DNA of 64,000 nt, taken from Macrostomum lignano (Eukaryota). Below the pieces are notes generated by a model. It did no database searches. It saw only the letters and a program-made list of their open reading frames with translations, and was not told the DNA's origin. The position numbers and the translations under genes were made by a program. Below are positions 1-13,143 of this stretch, in pieces (positions within the stretch are counted from its first letter, which is position 1; every line of letters starts with the position of its first letter). The DNA is taken from contig NIVC01000907.1 of the NCBI GenBank assembly GCA_002269645.1, positions 186,001-250,000 of the forward strand. Direction: 5' to 3'.

Positions 1-169
1 AAAATTCGGGGAGAGTAGCTCGCCTTACCAAAAGTAGCGAGCTTTAGCCAGAAAATTGTTTTTCATGTTCGCTCTTTCCTGAATTTTCCTCTCTATCCGG
101 CTCTCCGGCCTTTTGAAACTTTAAAATAAGCCATTCGGCCCGCTCAAGGTTTGCGTCTCTTCTCAGCTC

Positions 170-275
170 TCTCCTCTCTTCTCTCCCCTCTTCTCTCTTC
201 TCTCTCCCCTCTCTTGTCTTATCTTCCATCTCTGCTCTCATCACTTCTCTTGCCTCTCCTCTCTTCTCTTATTCT
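170..275. repeat. CT-rich low-complexity tract
   Basis: Runs of ctctt/ctctc. The minus ORF 44..244 (REGREKREE) is its translation. Confidence 0.7.
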
Positions 276-304
276 CAGCCTCATTTCGAATTCGGAAGTC
301 CAGA

Positions 305-530
305 TATAGAGGGTGAAGATGTGGAGGGTGAAGATGTGGAGGGTGAAGATGTGGAGGGTGAAGATGTGGAGGGTGAAGATGTGGAGGGTAAAGATGCGGA
401 GGGTGAAGATGTGGAGGGTGAGGATGTGGAGGGTGAAGAAGTGGAGGGTAAAGATATGGAGGGTAAAGATGTGGAGGGTAAAGAAGTGGAGGGTGAAGAC
501 GTGGAGGGTAAAGATATGGAGGTTAGAAAA
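305..530. repeat. 15-bp minisatellite (GAGGGTGAAGATGTG)n
   Basis: About 14 near-identical 15-bp units. It gives the artefactual ORFs (VEGED)n, (MWRVK)n and (PSTSS)n. Confidence 0.95.
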
Positions 531-971
531 GTGAACGGAAGGTAAAGCAATTCCGCAACAGGTAGGAAGGCCACCAAGGAGAAGCCATTGAGCCTTGAAT
601 TCCCAGCGCTCACAAGATGCTCACCATCAGATCCGCAGCTCTCAAACACGGCGGGCGGCACCTCAAGCAGCAGGCATCGCTTGTCTCTGTTCTTCGACAT
701 TTTCTGCCAACTGCTCGTTGTGGGAATTTAAATCTGGAATGGATTCTGGGAGGGATGGATAAAGCTAAATGAAGTAAATCTCTGAGACTCGCAGCCGGAT
801 TAATACTGAGTCTCCTGAGAGGCTCCCACGGCGCTCCGATCTCTGATTGGCTTCTGGCTGGCAGCAGCCGCCACAGCGGGGGCGCCCCGGCCCGGTCGAC
901 ACGCCAAATTTCGTGACGGTGAGCGCAAAATTAATTGGCAAGATGAGGCCAGCAGGAATTCGAGAGAGAAT

Positions 972-1892
<921 letters not shown>

Positions 1893-2435
1893 TATTCCTC
1901 ATCCAAGGAGGCATTTTTAGAAATTCCAAGAAATTCCAAGGAGGCAATAATGATTATAATATATAATCATTATATATAATCATTAATATATTATAATTAT
2001 TATAATAAATTGGAATTCCAAAGGCAGCAGGACAAGAACACTAACCCCAGGTAGCCCCACTAGTGATAATCCATGCTCCATAATCCATGATAATCCATAG
2101 TGATACAGAGGATCTAAATTCTAAACAGATAGCCAAATGACACGGACTAAGGGTGAAGCGGTCAGAAAGTCTGCAGCTGCTAAGTCTCCAAAGTGAGTGC
2201 AGTGTTTATTTTTACTCAACGACTTACGGGGGGAGAGAAAGAGAGAAGGAGGAGGGGCGGAGGGAGAGGCACCGCTTGCAAATCATAGTGAGGGATTCGC
2301 GAGTGCATGTGACAAACAGACTGAATGTACGGCTTGAGTTTAAAATTGAAATTCATACGAGCCTGGAAGCTCAAATAGAAATAATGGCTTAAAATTGAGG
2401 CCACATAAGTCACTGATATAGGCTTGAGTTCCTAC

Positions 2436-2436
2436 A

Positions 2437-2511
<75 letters not shown>

Positions 2512-2514
2512 TAG

Positions 2515-2579
<65 letters not shown>

Positions 2580-2580
2580 G
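2436..2580. repeat. (TCTG)n microsatellite
   Basis: Direct reading. Confidence 0.98.
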
Positions 2581-2892
2581 AACGGGACTGAATGAGCAGC
2601 AAAGCATAGCGACAAAGTATTGAATCAGTGCTGGCACAAGCTGATGACAAAGCAAACAAAGGTTTCGCCAATCGGGTGGCTCCCACCGCGAGTCGGGGCT
2701 GGGGCGGATCGCGAGAGCCGCCGGTCTCGCGGGGCGCAGCTGATCAGCGCCCGCAACTGAAATTCTTGTATCGATTTTCACTCTGAGCAGGTCATAAATT
2801 CTTGGGAAATTCTCTCAACTCAAAATGGGGACTCAAAACGGTCAAGAACGGAAACGCAGAGGCAAGCGGTTCAACTAGTAGCAGAGCTCTCA

Positions 2893-3684
2893 ATGGGCTG
2901 CGCGCACAGCCGGCCCCGCAAGCAAAGCCGGTCCAAGGCCAAGCAGACCCGGAGGTCGCAGCGGCCGGCAATTCCGTGGAATTTCCGTCGGCGAAGCATC
3001 GAGCCGGACGGGTGCCGTGAGGCGCAGTCGGGCGGGTCCTCCGGGCACCGGTCCTGGGCCAGCCTGCACCAGGTCTCCAGCCACCAGCTGCTGCAGTGCC
3101 GGGTTGACCGGGCCGCTCAGCAGCAGCGGCTGTACGACTTCGGCACCGCCTGGATGACGGGTGAGCCGGCTGAGGGGGTGCGAGCTCGGGACCTCTCGGA
3201 GATTTTATCCAAAACTCGGTCCTCAATGATTCATGTCTTAAACCATTTGCTTTATAAACTTATCGACCGAAAGAAAGACAGACTAATAAAGCCACATACA
3301 GACACAAAACAGCCATATACAGACACCAAGGCAGTCATATACAGACACCAAGACAGCCATATACAGACACCAAGACAGCCATATACAGACACCAAGACAG
3401 CCATATACAGACACCAAGACAGTTATATACAGACACCAAGACAGCCTTATGCAGACACTTCAATTCCGCTGCCTACAGACTGCAGCACCGAGAACTGCAT
3501 GCACGCCATGTGCACCTCCAGAGAGCGAATCCGCAACGCCTTTGACGACTTTGGCGCCAGCGAGCAGCAGCTGAACCTCGATGCTCTCGACCGTCTGGAC
3601 TTCGGCTCCAGCCCCACCGACAGGTGCTGCAGCGGCTGCGGCTGGGACGCGGAGCTCGATTGCTCGGCATCCTTCTACCTGTGA
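2893..3684 (+). CDS. Orphan 2-exon protein (~157 aa), N-terminal MGC possible lipidation motif, Cys-rich C-terminus
   Basis: Exon 1 2893-3160 (ATG..ACG G|GTGAG). Intron 3161-3478 contains a 22-bp repeat and ends CCTACAG. Exon 2 3479-3684 joins in phase (G|AC = Asp) and ends TGA. Both exons have the GC-rich coding style of the other genes. No domain recognised. Confidence 0.6.
   Translation: MGCAHSRPRKQSRSKAKQTRRSQRPAIPWNFRRRSIEPDGCREAQSGGSSGHRSWASLHQVSSHQLLQCRVDRAAQQQRLYDFGTAWMTGEPAEGVRARDLSEILSKTRSSMIHVLNHLLYKLIDRKKDRLIKPHTDTKQPYTDTKAVIYRHQDSHIQTPRQPYTDTKTAIYRHQDSYIQTPRQPYADTSIPLPTDCSTENCMHAMCTSRERIRNAFDDFGASEQQLNLDALDRLDFGSSPTDRCCSGCGWDAELDCSASFYL
3290..3460. repeat. 22-bp intronic minisatellite (AGACAGCCATATACAGACACCA)n
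   Basis: About 7 units inside the intron of the 2893-3684 gene. Confidence 0.9.
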
Positions 3685-3931
3685 CTTCGACCGCCATGCC
3701 CGAGCACCCGAGACTGCGACTTTCATCAGAAGTTTATATTTTGCTCTGAGTTAAAAATTTTTCTGATAGTTTTGTAGCATTGCAACTTGAACTTCATTTG
3801 ATACTGTAAATTACTGCGCTCTCACAAGTCACAGCTGTGCTGTCGGTGCAATACCAGCTTTTTAATGTAAATGAAAAATTTCATCATTTTAAATTAATTT
3901 ATTGTATTCTTCAGTTTTCAAATTTCTTTAA

Positions 3932-4298
3932 AACAGACAGACAGACAGACAGGCAGACAGACAGACAGACAGACAGGCAGACTAACAGACAGACAGACAG
4001 ACAGACAGACAGGCAGACAGACAGACAGACAGACAGACAGGCAGACAGACAGACAGACAGGCAGACAGACAGACAGACAGACAGACAGGCAGACAGACAG
4101 GCAGACAGACAGACAGACAGACAGACAGGCAGGCAGACAGACAGACAGACAGGCAGGCAGACAGACAGACAGACAGACAGGCAGACAGACAGACAGACAG
4201 ACAGGCAGACAGACAGACAGACAGGCAGGCAGACAGACAGACAGGCAGGCAGACAGACAGACAGACAGGCAGGCAGACAGACAGACAGACAGACAGGC

Positions 4299-4343
<45 letters not shown>

Positions 4344-4490
4344 GGCAGACAGACAGACAGACAGACAGGCAGGCAGACAGACAGACAGACAGACAGACAG
4401 GCAGACAGACAGACAGGCAGACAGACAGACAGACAGACAGGCAGGCAGACAGACAGACAGACAGACAGACAGGCAGACAGACAGACAGGC

Positions 4491-4539
<49 letters not shown>

Positions 4540-4540
4540 C
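3932..4540. repeat. (GACA)n microsatellite with GGCA variants
   Basis: Direct reading; source of the (TDRQ)n and (SVCL)n ORFs. Confidence 0.99.
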
Positions 4541-4849
4541 ACCGACAGCAGATGCATAAAGCTAACCCAGAAAATCTCACAGCAACATCGATGAAGCAGC
4601 AATGTTCTAAACAGCAGCAGCAGTCATTGGGACAATTATCAGATTGCGCTGACCCTTTTATCCCTAACAGCAACAATTGTTTGATGGCCACAGAACAGTC
4701 AGGCAGACGAAACTAGGCAGCAAGACAGGCTGGCAGAAGCGGAACTGCATGGCGGCAGACCTTTGAAGCAGCTGTCAGACATCACAGCAGATTGCATTCG
4801 CAGAATGCTCAGCCCTCGATGGCAATCAGAGCAATTCAACAATCAGATT

Positions 4850-5030
4850 GCAGAGTCGCTGATTGGTTTGTGGAAAACTTTCAGGCAGCTTCCATCAGGT
4901 CAGTTCGCCAGGCCCTAATGGCAGTGAAATTCGGATCTTGAGAGTCGCTGATTGGCTGGCGAGGGCTGCAGCTCTCCCGGTTGCACGCGGCCGTGTCACC
5001 ATGCAGCAGCGCGGCGGCCCATAAATACGG
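4850..5030 (+). promoter_or_regulatory. Probable promoter of the discoidin/F-lectin gene: duplicated reverse CCAAT motif plus TATA-like box
   Basis: The 15-mer AGAGTCGCTGATTGG occurs at ~4852 and ~4941. CATAAATA at 5020-5027 lies ~115 nt upstream of the ATG at 5140. Confidence 0.45.
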
Positions 5031-5139
5031 GGGCGGTTCCCTGGAGACCACCTCAGCGAACTCCAGCGATTTTATTCACCTGCGAAGCTGCAGCTGAAGA
5101 AAGAGCGCAATAAAGTAATTGAAAAATTTTATTGGTACA

Positions 5140-8100
5140 ATGAGGCATCCGATTGCAGCGCAGCTTCTGATTGCATTGAGTCTTCTCTGCATTGCTCGCG
5201 GTAATAAACTGCTTTTTTGGTTGCCGAGCATCCCACTGGGACGATGGGTCAATTTTAGTTCAGTTAGTTCAAGTTAGTTCAAGTTTTAGTTCAATACCAG
5301 CTATTGCAGATTCAATACCAGCTGTTGCAGATTCAATACCAGCTGTTGCAGATTCAATACCAGCTGTTGCATTTTCAATACCAGCTGTTGCAGATTCAAT
5401 ACCAGCTGTTGCAGATTCAATACCAGCTGTTGCAGATTCAATACCAGCTGTTGCAGATTCAATACCAGCTGTTGCAGATTCAATACCAGCTGTTGCAGAT
5501 TCAATACCAGCTGTTGCAGATTCAATACTAGCTGTTGCAGATTCAATACCAGCTGTTGCAGATTCAATACTAGCTGTTGCAGATTCAATACCAGCTGTTG
5601 CAGATTCAATACCAACTGTTGCAGATTCAATGCCAGCTGTTGCAGATTCAATGCCAGCTGTTGCAGATCAGTTGCATTTTTCCTCCCAATCCCACAGCAG
5701 GCAGCCCCGCCGGCCACTGCGGCAACCAGGACGGGCCACTTGGCATGATTTCGGGCGAAATCCGCGACTGGCAGGTGACGGCTTCGTCCAGCTTCCCGGA
5801 GAAATTCTCTTGGGGCGCCGGTTGCCAGGGGCATCACGCGCGACTCTACGGCCGTGACGGGCGGGCCTGGTGCCCGCAGTTCAACAGCCGCAGCGAGTGG
5901 CTGCAGATCGCGCTGGGCACGGAGGCCACGGTGACGGGGGTCATGACCCAGGGCCGCGGCGACGGCAAGGAGTGGGTCACCGCGTTCGCCGTCAACTACA
6001 GCAGCGACGCCATAAGCTGGCGGACGGTGCTGGACGAGGCTGGCAGGCCGAAGGTGAGAAGCCGAAGCTGGCAGGCCAATGCCGCTCTCTCCCATCCTTA
6101 TGCTGCCCTCTTGCACTGATGGCGTCAAATTCAACTGAACTTCCAGATATTCGAAGGCAACGTGGACTCGTATTCGGTGAAGCACAATCTCTTCCAGCGG
6201 CCGTTCTCGGCCGAGTTCGTGAGGCTGCAGCCGCTGCAGTTTCACCGCCATCCCAGCATGCGAGTGGAGCTGCTGGGCTGCCAGCGTGAGTTCGCCAACA
6301 GTGGCAGTTTGCTGTTTTGTTATGATTGCTAGATTTACAGACCCGTAATAACCACCAGTCCCGGCTGTCCCAATTATGGGATTGCGCGCAGTCACAAGTC
6401 CCGGATCAACTTATCAGACTGCGCAAGTCCGATGCAGGAGACTGGGACTTTATTATCGAGGCTGAATGGCAAGCCCTGTGCGCTGCTTTGCCAGTCTGGC
6501 CGATAAAATTGCTGCTTTTTCAAGTGCATTTCTAAGGATATTATTTGGCTCCCAGGCGAAGGCGGGCATAAAAAGTCGTATCTTAAAATAACGAATACTA
6601 TTGGGATTTCTGGGACCGGTATCTTTGCCTGCAATGCTGTAATGAACCAGCATCAGGGCTGTAATGAACCAGCATCAGGGCTGTAATGAATCAGCATCAG
6701 GGCTGTAATGAACCAGCATCAGGGCTGTAATGAACCAGCGTCAGGGCTGTAATGAATCAGCATCAGGGCTGTAATGAACCAGCATCAGGGCTGTAATGAA
6801 TCAGCATCAGGGCTGTAATGAACCAGCATCAGGGCTGTAATGAACCAGCATCAGGGCTGTAATGAATCAGCATCAGGGCTGTAATGAACCAGCATCAGGG
6901 CTGTAATGAACCAGCATCAGGGCTGTAATGAATCAGCATCAGGGCTGTAATGAACCAGCATCAATGCTGTAATGAACCAGCATCAGGGCTGTAATGAATC
7001 AGCATCAGGACTGTAATGAACCAGCATCAATGCTGTAATGAACCAGCATCAGGGCTGTAATGAACCAGCATCAATGCCGTAGTGCACCAGAATCAATGCT
7101 GTAATGAATCGGCATCACTAGGATCCATTTGAAATATGCATGAGTCCAGAGTGAAGTGCAGTGAAGGCAAACACTAATGACATCAACCCGATCATACTGA
7201 CTGCCGACAGCCTGCAAGAAGTCGCTGGCTCAGCCGCCGTTAGCTCGGTTGACGGCCTCCAGCTCTCGCGGTCGGCGTGCAATGCGAACCTGCGACGCTT
7301 CGTACGGACACCTGTTCACTAGCAAGGCCTGGTGCGCCAAGCGGGTGAACAGTGAGTGACTTTACAATGTTTTTGTTGCGATGGCAACTGGGCTGGTCAC
7401 CAATAGGTATAGTGCTAAGTAGGTTACAGGTAGGGTACAGGTAGTACAGGTAGGTTACAGATGTATGTTACAAGTAGGTTACAGGTTTAGGTTGCAGGCA
7501 GGTTACAGGCGTAGGTTACTGGTAGGTTACAGGTGTAGGTTGCAGGCAGGTTACAGGTAGGTTACAGGTGTAGGTTACAAGTAGGTTACAGGTGTAGGTT
7601 GCAAGCAGGTTACAGGTAGGTTACAGGTGTAGGTTACAAGTAGGTTACAGGTGTAGGTTACTGGTAGGTTACAGGTGTAGGTTACAAGTAGGTTACAGGT
7701 GTAGGTTGCAGGCAGGTTACAGGTGTAGGTTACTGGTAGGTTACAGGTGTAGGTTGCAGGCAGGTTACAGGTAGGTTACAGATGTAGGTTACAAGTAGGT
7801 TACAGGTGTAGGTTGCAGGCAGGTTACAGGTAGGTTACAGATGTAGGTTACAAGTAGGTTACAGGTGTAGGTTGGAGGCAGGTTACAGGTAGGTTACAGG
7901 TGTAGGTTACTGGAAGGTTACAGGTGTAGGTTGCAGGCAGGTTACAGGTAGGTTACAGGTGTAGGTTACAAGTAGGTTACAGGTGTAGGTTGCAGGCAGG
8001 TTACAGGTAGGTTACAGATGTAGGTTACAAGTAGGTTACAGGTGTAGGTTGGAGGCAGGTTACAGGTAGGTTACAGGTGTAGGTTACTGGAAGGTTACAG

Positions 8101-11100
8101 GTGTAGGTTGCAGGCAGGTTACAGGTAGGTTACAGGTGTAGGTTACAAGTAGGTTACAGGTGTAGGTTGCAAGCAGGTTAAAGGTAGGTTACAGGTGTAG
8201 GTTACTAGTAGGTTACAGGTGTAGGTTACTGGTAGGTTACAGGTGTAGGTTGCAGGCAGGTTACAGGTAGGTTACAGGTGTAGGTTACAAGTAGGTTACA
8301 GGTGTAGGTTGCAAGCAGGTTAAAGGTAGGTTACAGGTGTAGGTTACTGGTAGGTTACAGGTGTAGGTTACTGGTAGGTTACAGGTGTAGGTTACTGGTA
8401 GGTTACAGGTGTAGGTTACTGGTAGGTTACAGGTGTAGGTTACTGGTAGGTTACAGGTGTAGGTTACTGGTAGGTTACAGGTGTAGGTTACTGGTAGGTT
8501 ACAGGTGTAGGTTGCAAGCAGGTTAAAGGTAGGTTACAGGTGTAGGTTACTGGTAGGTTACAGGTGTAGGTTACTGGTAGGTTACAGGTGTAGGTTGCAG
8601 GCAGGTTACAGGTAGGTTACAGGTGTAGGTTACAAGTAGGTTACAGGTGTAGGTTGCAAGCAGGTTAAAGGTAGGTTACAGGTGTAGGTTACTGGTAGGT
8701 TACAGGTGTAGGTTACTGGTAGGTTACAGGTGTAGGTTACTGGTAGGTTACAGGTGTAGGTTACTGGTAGGTTACAGGTGTAGGTTACTGGTAGGTTACA
8801 GGTGTAGGTTACTGGTAGGTTACTGGTAGGTTACAGGTGTAGGTTACTGGTAGGTTACAGGTGTAGGTTACTGGTAGGTTACTGGTAGGTTACAGGTGTA
8901 GGTTACTGGTAGGTTACAGGTGTAGGTTACTGGTAGGTTACAGGTGTAGGTTACTGGTAGGTTACAGGTGTAGGTTACTGGTAGGTTACAGGTGTAGGTT
9001 ACTGGTAGGTTACAGGTGTAGGTTACTGGTAGGTTACAGGTGTAGGTTGCAGGCAGGTTACAGGTTACAGGGTACGAGGTTAGCTGAAACAAACCAAGAC
9101 CAAAACTGTGCAGCCAGCTCGAACAGAGCCGCCACCCACCCCCGACCACGGATTTTAGGCGAGCAGTGGCTGGAGGTGGACCTCGGCCCGCCCGCTAGAG
9201 TTACCGGCTTGGTGACAAAAGGACGCGGCGATGGCAGGAAGGACACCTGGGTGACGTCTTACAGAGTTGCCTACAGCAACGACGGACTGTCGTGGGCCCT
9301 GTACAAAGACGCGAACCATCTTATGCCCAAGGTAAACGGTAGTTTAAGAAAATTTTTGAAAGCAGCGGCTTCATTTTTATAGCTATCGAATGGACAGCAG
9401 ACATGCAGTTCATTAGCAGACCACAAGGCAAGCAGTTGGCTCTGCAGTTATGATCCCGAGCGTCTGGCACAAACGCGGAGGGTCGCCCACTTAGAATCAT
9501 GGCTCTCACGCTGGCAAGGCGAAACTCGATCGGGCTCTGCGACATGAATATCGGTCGGCATCTTCATCTCTGTCTCCCCCATTAGCGAATTCCGTGCATG
9601 CCAATAGGCGAGCGCACGGATTTCTCGAAGACTGGCCGCCACGCATTTGCGCAATCCGTTATGCGCTCGGGGGCAGCGCGCAACAAGTTAAAAATGCAAA
9701 CACGGGCGGCCGGAAGCATCGATAAGGAGAGGATCGGCGGCGCAAGGCAAGGCAAAGTTCAGCGACATTCCACCGCCAATGCGGATGATCCCAAAGACGC
9801 CAGGGCGAGGCCAGCAGATGAGGATAGAACAGAAAGTAGACAATTTTACTCGCAGCCATTTTAGCGATCATTTCGCAGTCTAATAATGGTCCATTACATT
9901 TCTTCGCATTCCTATTGCTGCTTTCGAGGCGTCATTAAGCTCTTCGATAGAGTACTTCGAAAGGCTTGGGGGGACTCGAATATCTCTGGCTTAATGGTTA
10001 TTGCGAGATAATGAGGCCATGTAGCGATTCGAGTGTTGCAGTCGTGGGCGATTCGCTCGCGCCCAAACTCGCTTCCATATTTTATCTTTGCCGCAACTCT
10101 GGCAACATTCGACTTCGCATTTGAACTGCACTCGCACTAAAAGCGATCCAAAGACTTTCGTTTCTTCTGCTTGGCTCTGCTGGCCCCATATTGCACCGAT
10201 TGATAGATGCCAAGGATATTGCAACACCGTCATTTTGTGCTAGTGGGAGCAGGTAGGACACGATGAAGTGGCCACTAAAAGGCTTTAATTTCTGCTTGTG
10301 TTGCCGCACCAACCCGCAGCTGTTCCGCGGCAATCACAATCGGAACAGCGAGCGGGTGCACTACCTGTACCGGCCCTTCACCGCCCGCTACGTCCGCTTC
10401 CACCCGGTGGACTGGCACGGCGGTATCGCCATGCGAGTTGACGTCCTCGGCTGCCACCAGACGGACTCGTGCGCCAGCGGCAGCGGCGGCGCCTTCTTCC
10501 GCGTCAGCAATTCCAGCCGCTGCCTGGCCAACCTGGCCTTCAACAAGCCGACCTGGATGGGCAGCGACGCCGCTGCCGGCGGCGGCAAGCACCGCAGGCG
10601 GCAAGTCGCCGACAGTCCCGACGGAATCACCAGCTGGGACAAAACCGAGACCATCGGCAACAGCTGCGTGCAGGTGTCGCCCGACGCGTCTGTGGTGGGA
10701 TGGCTGGTCGATCTACGATTGAAGATGCTAGTACAGGGTGTACTACTCACGGCCAGTAGGAATATCTGCGTTTTGTTCTTATATTTATGTTATACTCAAT
10801 TGTAGGGCTTTCAAAACGGATTAGAGTGCATGTGTTTCAAGAGGGTTTGCTTTTCACAATAGACTGCAGAGGACGTGGCGAAATGCCTGAGTCTCAGTCA
10901 GGGTGCTCATTAAACTTTAATTTCTTCACAGACGGCACCCTGGCCGGTCCGCAGCGAAGACTGGAGGTGTACGTGGCGAGGAGATCGCGCCAGGTGATCA
11001 AGTCTGGCCGGTCGCACAGGCGCAGGATCGGGGCGAGAAAGTTTCTGTGCGGGATTGATCAGGCTGGCGCTGGCGCCGGAGCGCGTCCGCACGATCGGGT

Positions 11101-12520
11101 ATGCTGCCTGCGTGTCTGTCTGCTCTCCCTGTGTCTGCTCATGCTCACCCTGTGTCTGCCTGCTCACCCTGTGTCTGCTCATGCTCACCCTGTGTCTGTC
11201 TGCTCACCCTGTGTCTGTCTGCTCACCCTGTGTCTGCTCATGCTCACCCTGTGTCTGTCTGCTCACCCTGTGTCTGTCTGCTAACCCTGTGTTTTTCTGC
11301 TAACCCTGTGTTTGTCTGCTCACCCTGTGTCTGTCTGCTCACCCTGTGTCTGTCTGCTCACCCTGTGTCTGTCTGCTCACCCTGTGTCTGTCTGCTCACC
11401 CTGTGTCTGTCTGCTCACCCTGTGTCTGCTCATGCTCACCCTGTGTCTGTCTGCTCACCCTGTGTCTGTCTGCTCACCCTGTGTCTGTCTGCTCACCCTG
11501 TGTCTGCTCATGCTCACCCTGTGTCTGTCTGCTCACCCTGTGTCTGTCTGCTCACCCTGTGTCTGTCTGCTCACCCTGTGTCTGTCTGCTCACCCTGTGT
11601 CTGTCTGCCCACCATGTGTCCGCATGTTCATTCTGTTTAATCCCACTCATTCTGTAACCATATGTTCACTCTATCCGTTCACTCTGTGCCTGTCTGTCTG
11701 TCCATCTCACCCTGTCTGTCCATCTCACCCTGTCTGTCCACTCAACCTGTCTGTCCACTCAACCTGTCTGTCCACTCAACCTGTCTATCCACTCAACCTG
11801 TCTGTCCACTCAACCTGTCTGTCCACTCAACCTGTCTGTCCACTCAACCTGTCTGTCCACTCAACCTGTCTATCCACTCAACCTGTCTGTCCACTCAACC
11901 TGTCTGTCCACTCAACCTGTCTGTCCACTCAACCTGTCTGTCCACTCAACCTGTCTGTCCACTCAACCTGTCTGTCCACTCAACCTGTCTGTCCACTCAA
12001 CCTGTCTGTCCACTCAACCTGTCTGTCCACTCAACCTGTCTGTCCACTCAACCTGTCTGTCCACTCAACCTGTCTGTCCACTCAACCTGTCTGTCCACTC
12101 AACCTGTCTGTCCACTCAACCTGTCTGTCCACTCAACCTGTCTGTCCACTCAACCTGTCTGTCCACTCAACCTGTCTGTCCACTCAACCTGTCTGTCCAC
12201 TCAACCTGTCTGTCCACTCAACCTGTCTGTCCACTCAACCTGTCTGTCCACTCAACCTGTCTGTCCACTCAACCTGTCTGTCCACTCACTCTGCTTGGCA
12301 CAAGCTTTAAATGCACGCAATTTGAGAGCCCCAAACAATTTTTGTCTATGGTTCAAAACTAGCCAATCACAATCCGCAGCTTCAGAGCACAATGGTCGCC
12401 TGCGGCAAGCCGATGTACGGTCGGTTCATCTACATCGAGGCGAGCACGGGCGGGACGGTGGCCAGCCCGGGCTCAGCCGGTGCTCCGCCATCGGCAATGT
12501 GCAATCTTAGAGTCTACTGA
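5140..12520 (+). CDS. Secreted protein: signal peptide + 2 F5/8 type C (discoidin/FA58C) domains + C-terminal F-type-lectin-like (FTP) domain, ~537 aa, 8 exons
   Basis: Exons 5140-5200 (MRHPIAAQLLIALSLLCIAR signal peptide), 5698-6053 (NAGNAG; 5701 alternative), 6147-6285, 7211-7351, 9159-9331, 10320-10755, 10932-11098 and 12380-12520. All junctions are GT-AG and phase-consistent (1614 nt = 538 codons). FA58C motifs: AWCP..EWLQI.LG..VTGVMTQGR, IFEGN, SMRVELLGC, and again AWCAK..EQWLEVDLG..VTGLVTKGR..LFRGN..AMRVDVLGC. The FTP-like part has NLAFNKP, WLVDL, RLEVYV..CG and C..PMYGRFIYI..MCNLRVY-stop. Confidence 0.88.
5284..5668. repeat. 21-bp intronic minisatellite (CCAGCTGTTGCAGATTCAATA)n
   Basis: About 18 units in intron 1 of the discoidin gene. 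Confidence 0.97.
6636..7115. repeat. 22-bp intronic minisatellite (GGCTGTAATGAACCAGCATCAG)n
   Basis: About 21 units in intron 3. Confidence 0.97.
7420..9070. repeat. Composite 11/13-bp minisatellite (GGTTACAGGTGTA / GGTTACTGGTA)
   Basis: About 1.6 kb in intron 4. The 3' half is a homogeneous 24-bp unit; the 5' half is more mixed. Confidence 0.97.
11100..11610. repeat. 19-bp minisatellite (GTGTCTGTCTGCTCACCCT)n
   Basis: Starts directly at the intron 7 donor. Confidence 0.95.
11690..12288. repeat. 17-bp minisatellite (CCACTCAACCTGTCTGT)n
   Basis: More than 30 near-perfect units in intron 7. Confidence 0.97.
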
Positions 12521-13143
12521 GCTCGGCGACTTTGGCACCGCCGTCTCACTCTGCTATATTGTGCGAACTTGCGAGTAGTTCAAGTCTGGCAACTAGAAAC
12601 TTGAGAAGTTTGACGCACCTAGAATTCGCTTTGCATGCCTTTCTGCTTGAGCAAAAATTGTAAAAAAAGAACAACACGAACGCAATATTCGGGCAATTTT
12701 GCTAAATATATTGCGCAACCTCAGCTCAGTACATGAGTGTCTTCTAAAAATTATGACTCGCTTTAACTTCAAGTGCTGTTAAAGTTTTTATGTAAATTAG
12801 CTCGTTTTTACTGCAGTTGTTGGAAGTGCATACAGAGAAGATGCTTTAAATAATTTTAAGAAAAAGAGGCCAGTTGGTTTTGGTAAATTGTAAAATGCCT
12901 GAAAAACTGAAGATGATGACTGGTAGCTCATATATATTATATTAAAAAATGAATAATTGCAGGACAGATGAGAAACCTAAAAAAACTCTACCTGTTAATC
13001 AGTGCATCAATGGTGTCTGGCTTTTCCTGAAACAAAAGTTTTTGTGATGCCCACTACAGCAGACTATCGTAGAAGATGCGAGTAGAGTTGAGACAGAAGA
13101 AGTTATGAATACAGGTAACTTTTTGGACAATGTCGCTCTCATA

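Noticed and set aside
1-700. Possible 5' exons of a minus-strand gene leaving the window (ATG 700 with donor ~622; GTAAGG donor near 28)
   Set aside because: The peptides are short and unrecognisable and no consistent exon chain could be built; the neighbouring sequence is needed.
9390-10240. Several short ORFs in intron 5 of the discoidin gene
   Set aside because: No domain motifs, TIRs or TSDs were recognised; left unannotated.
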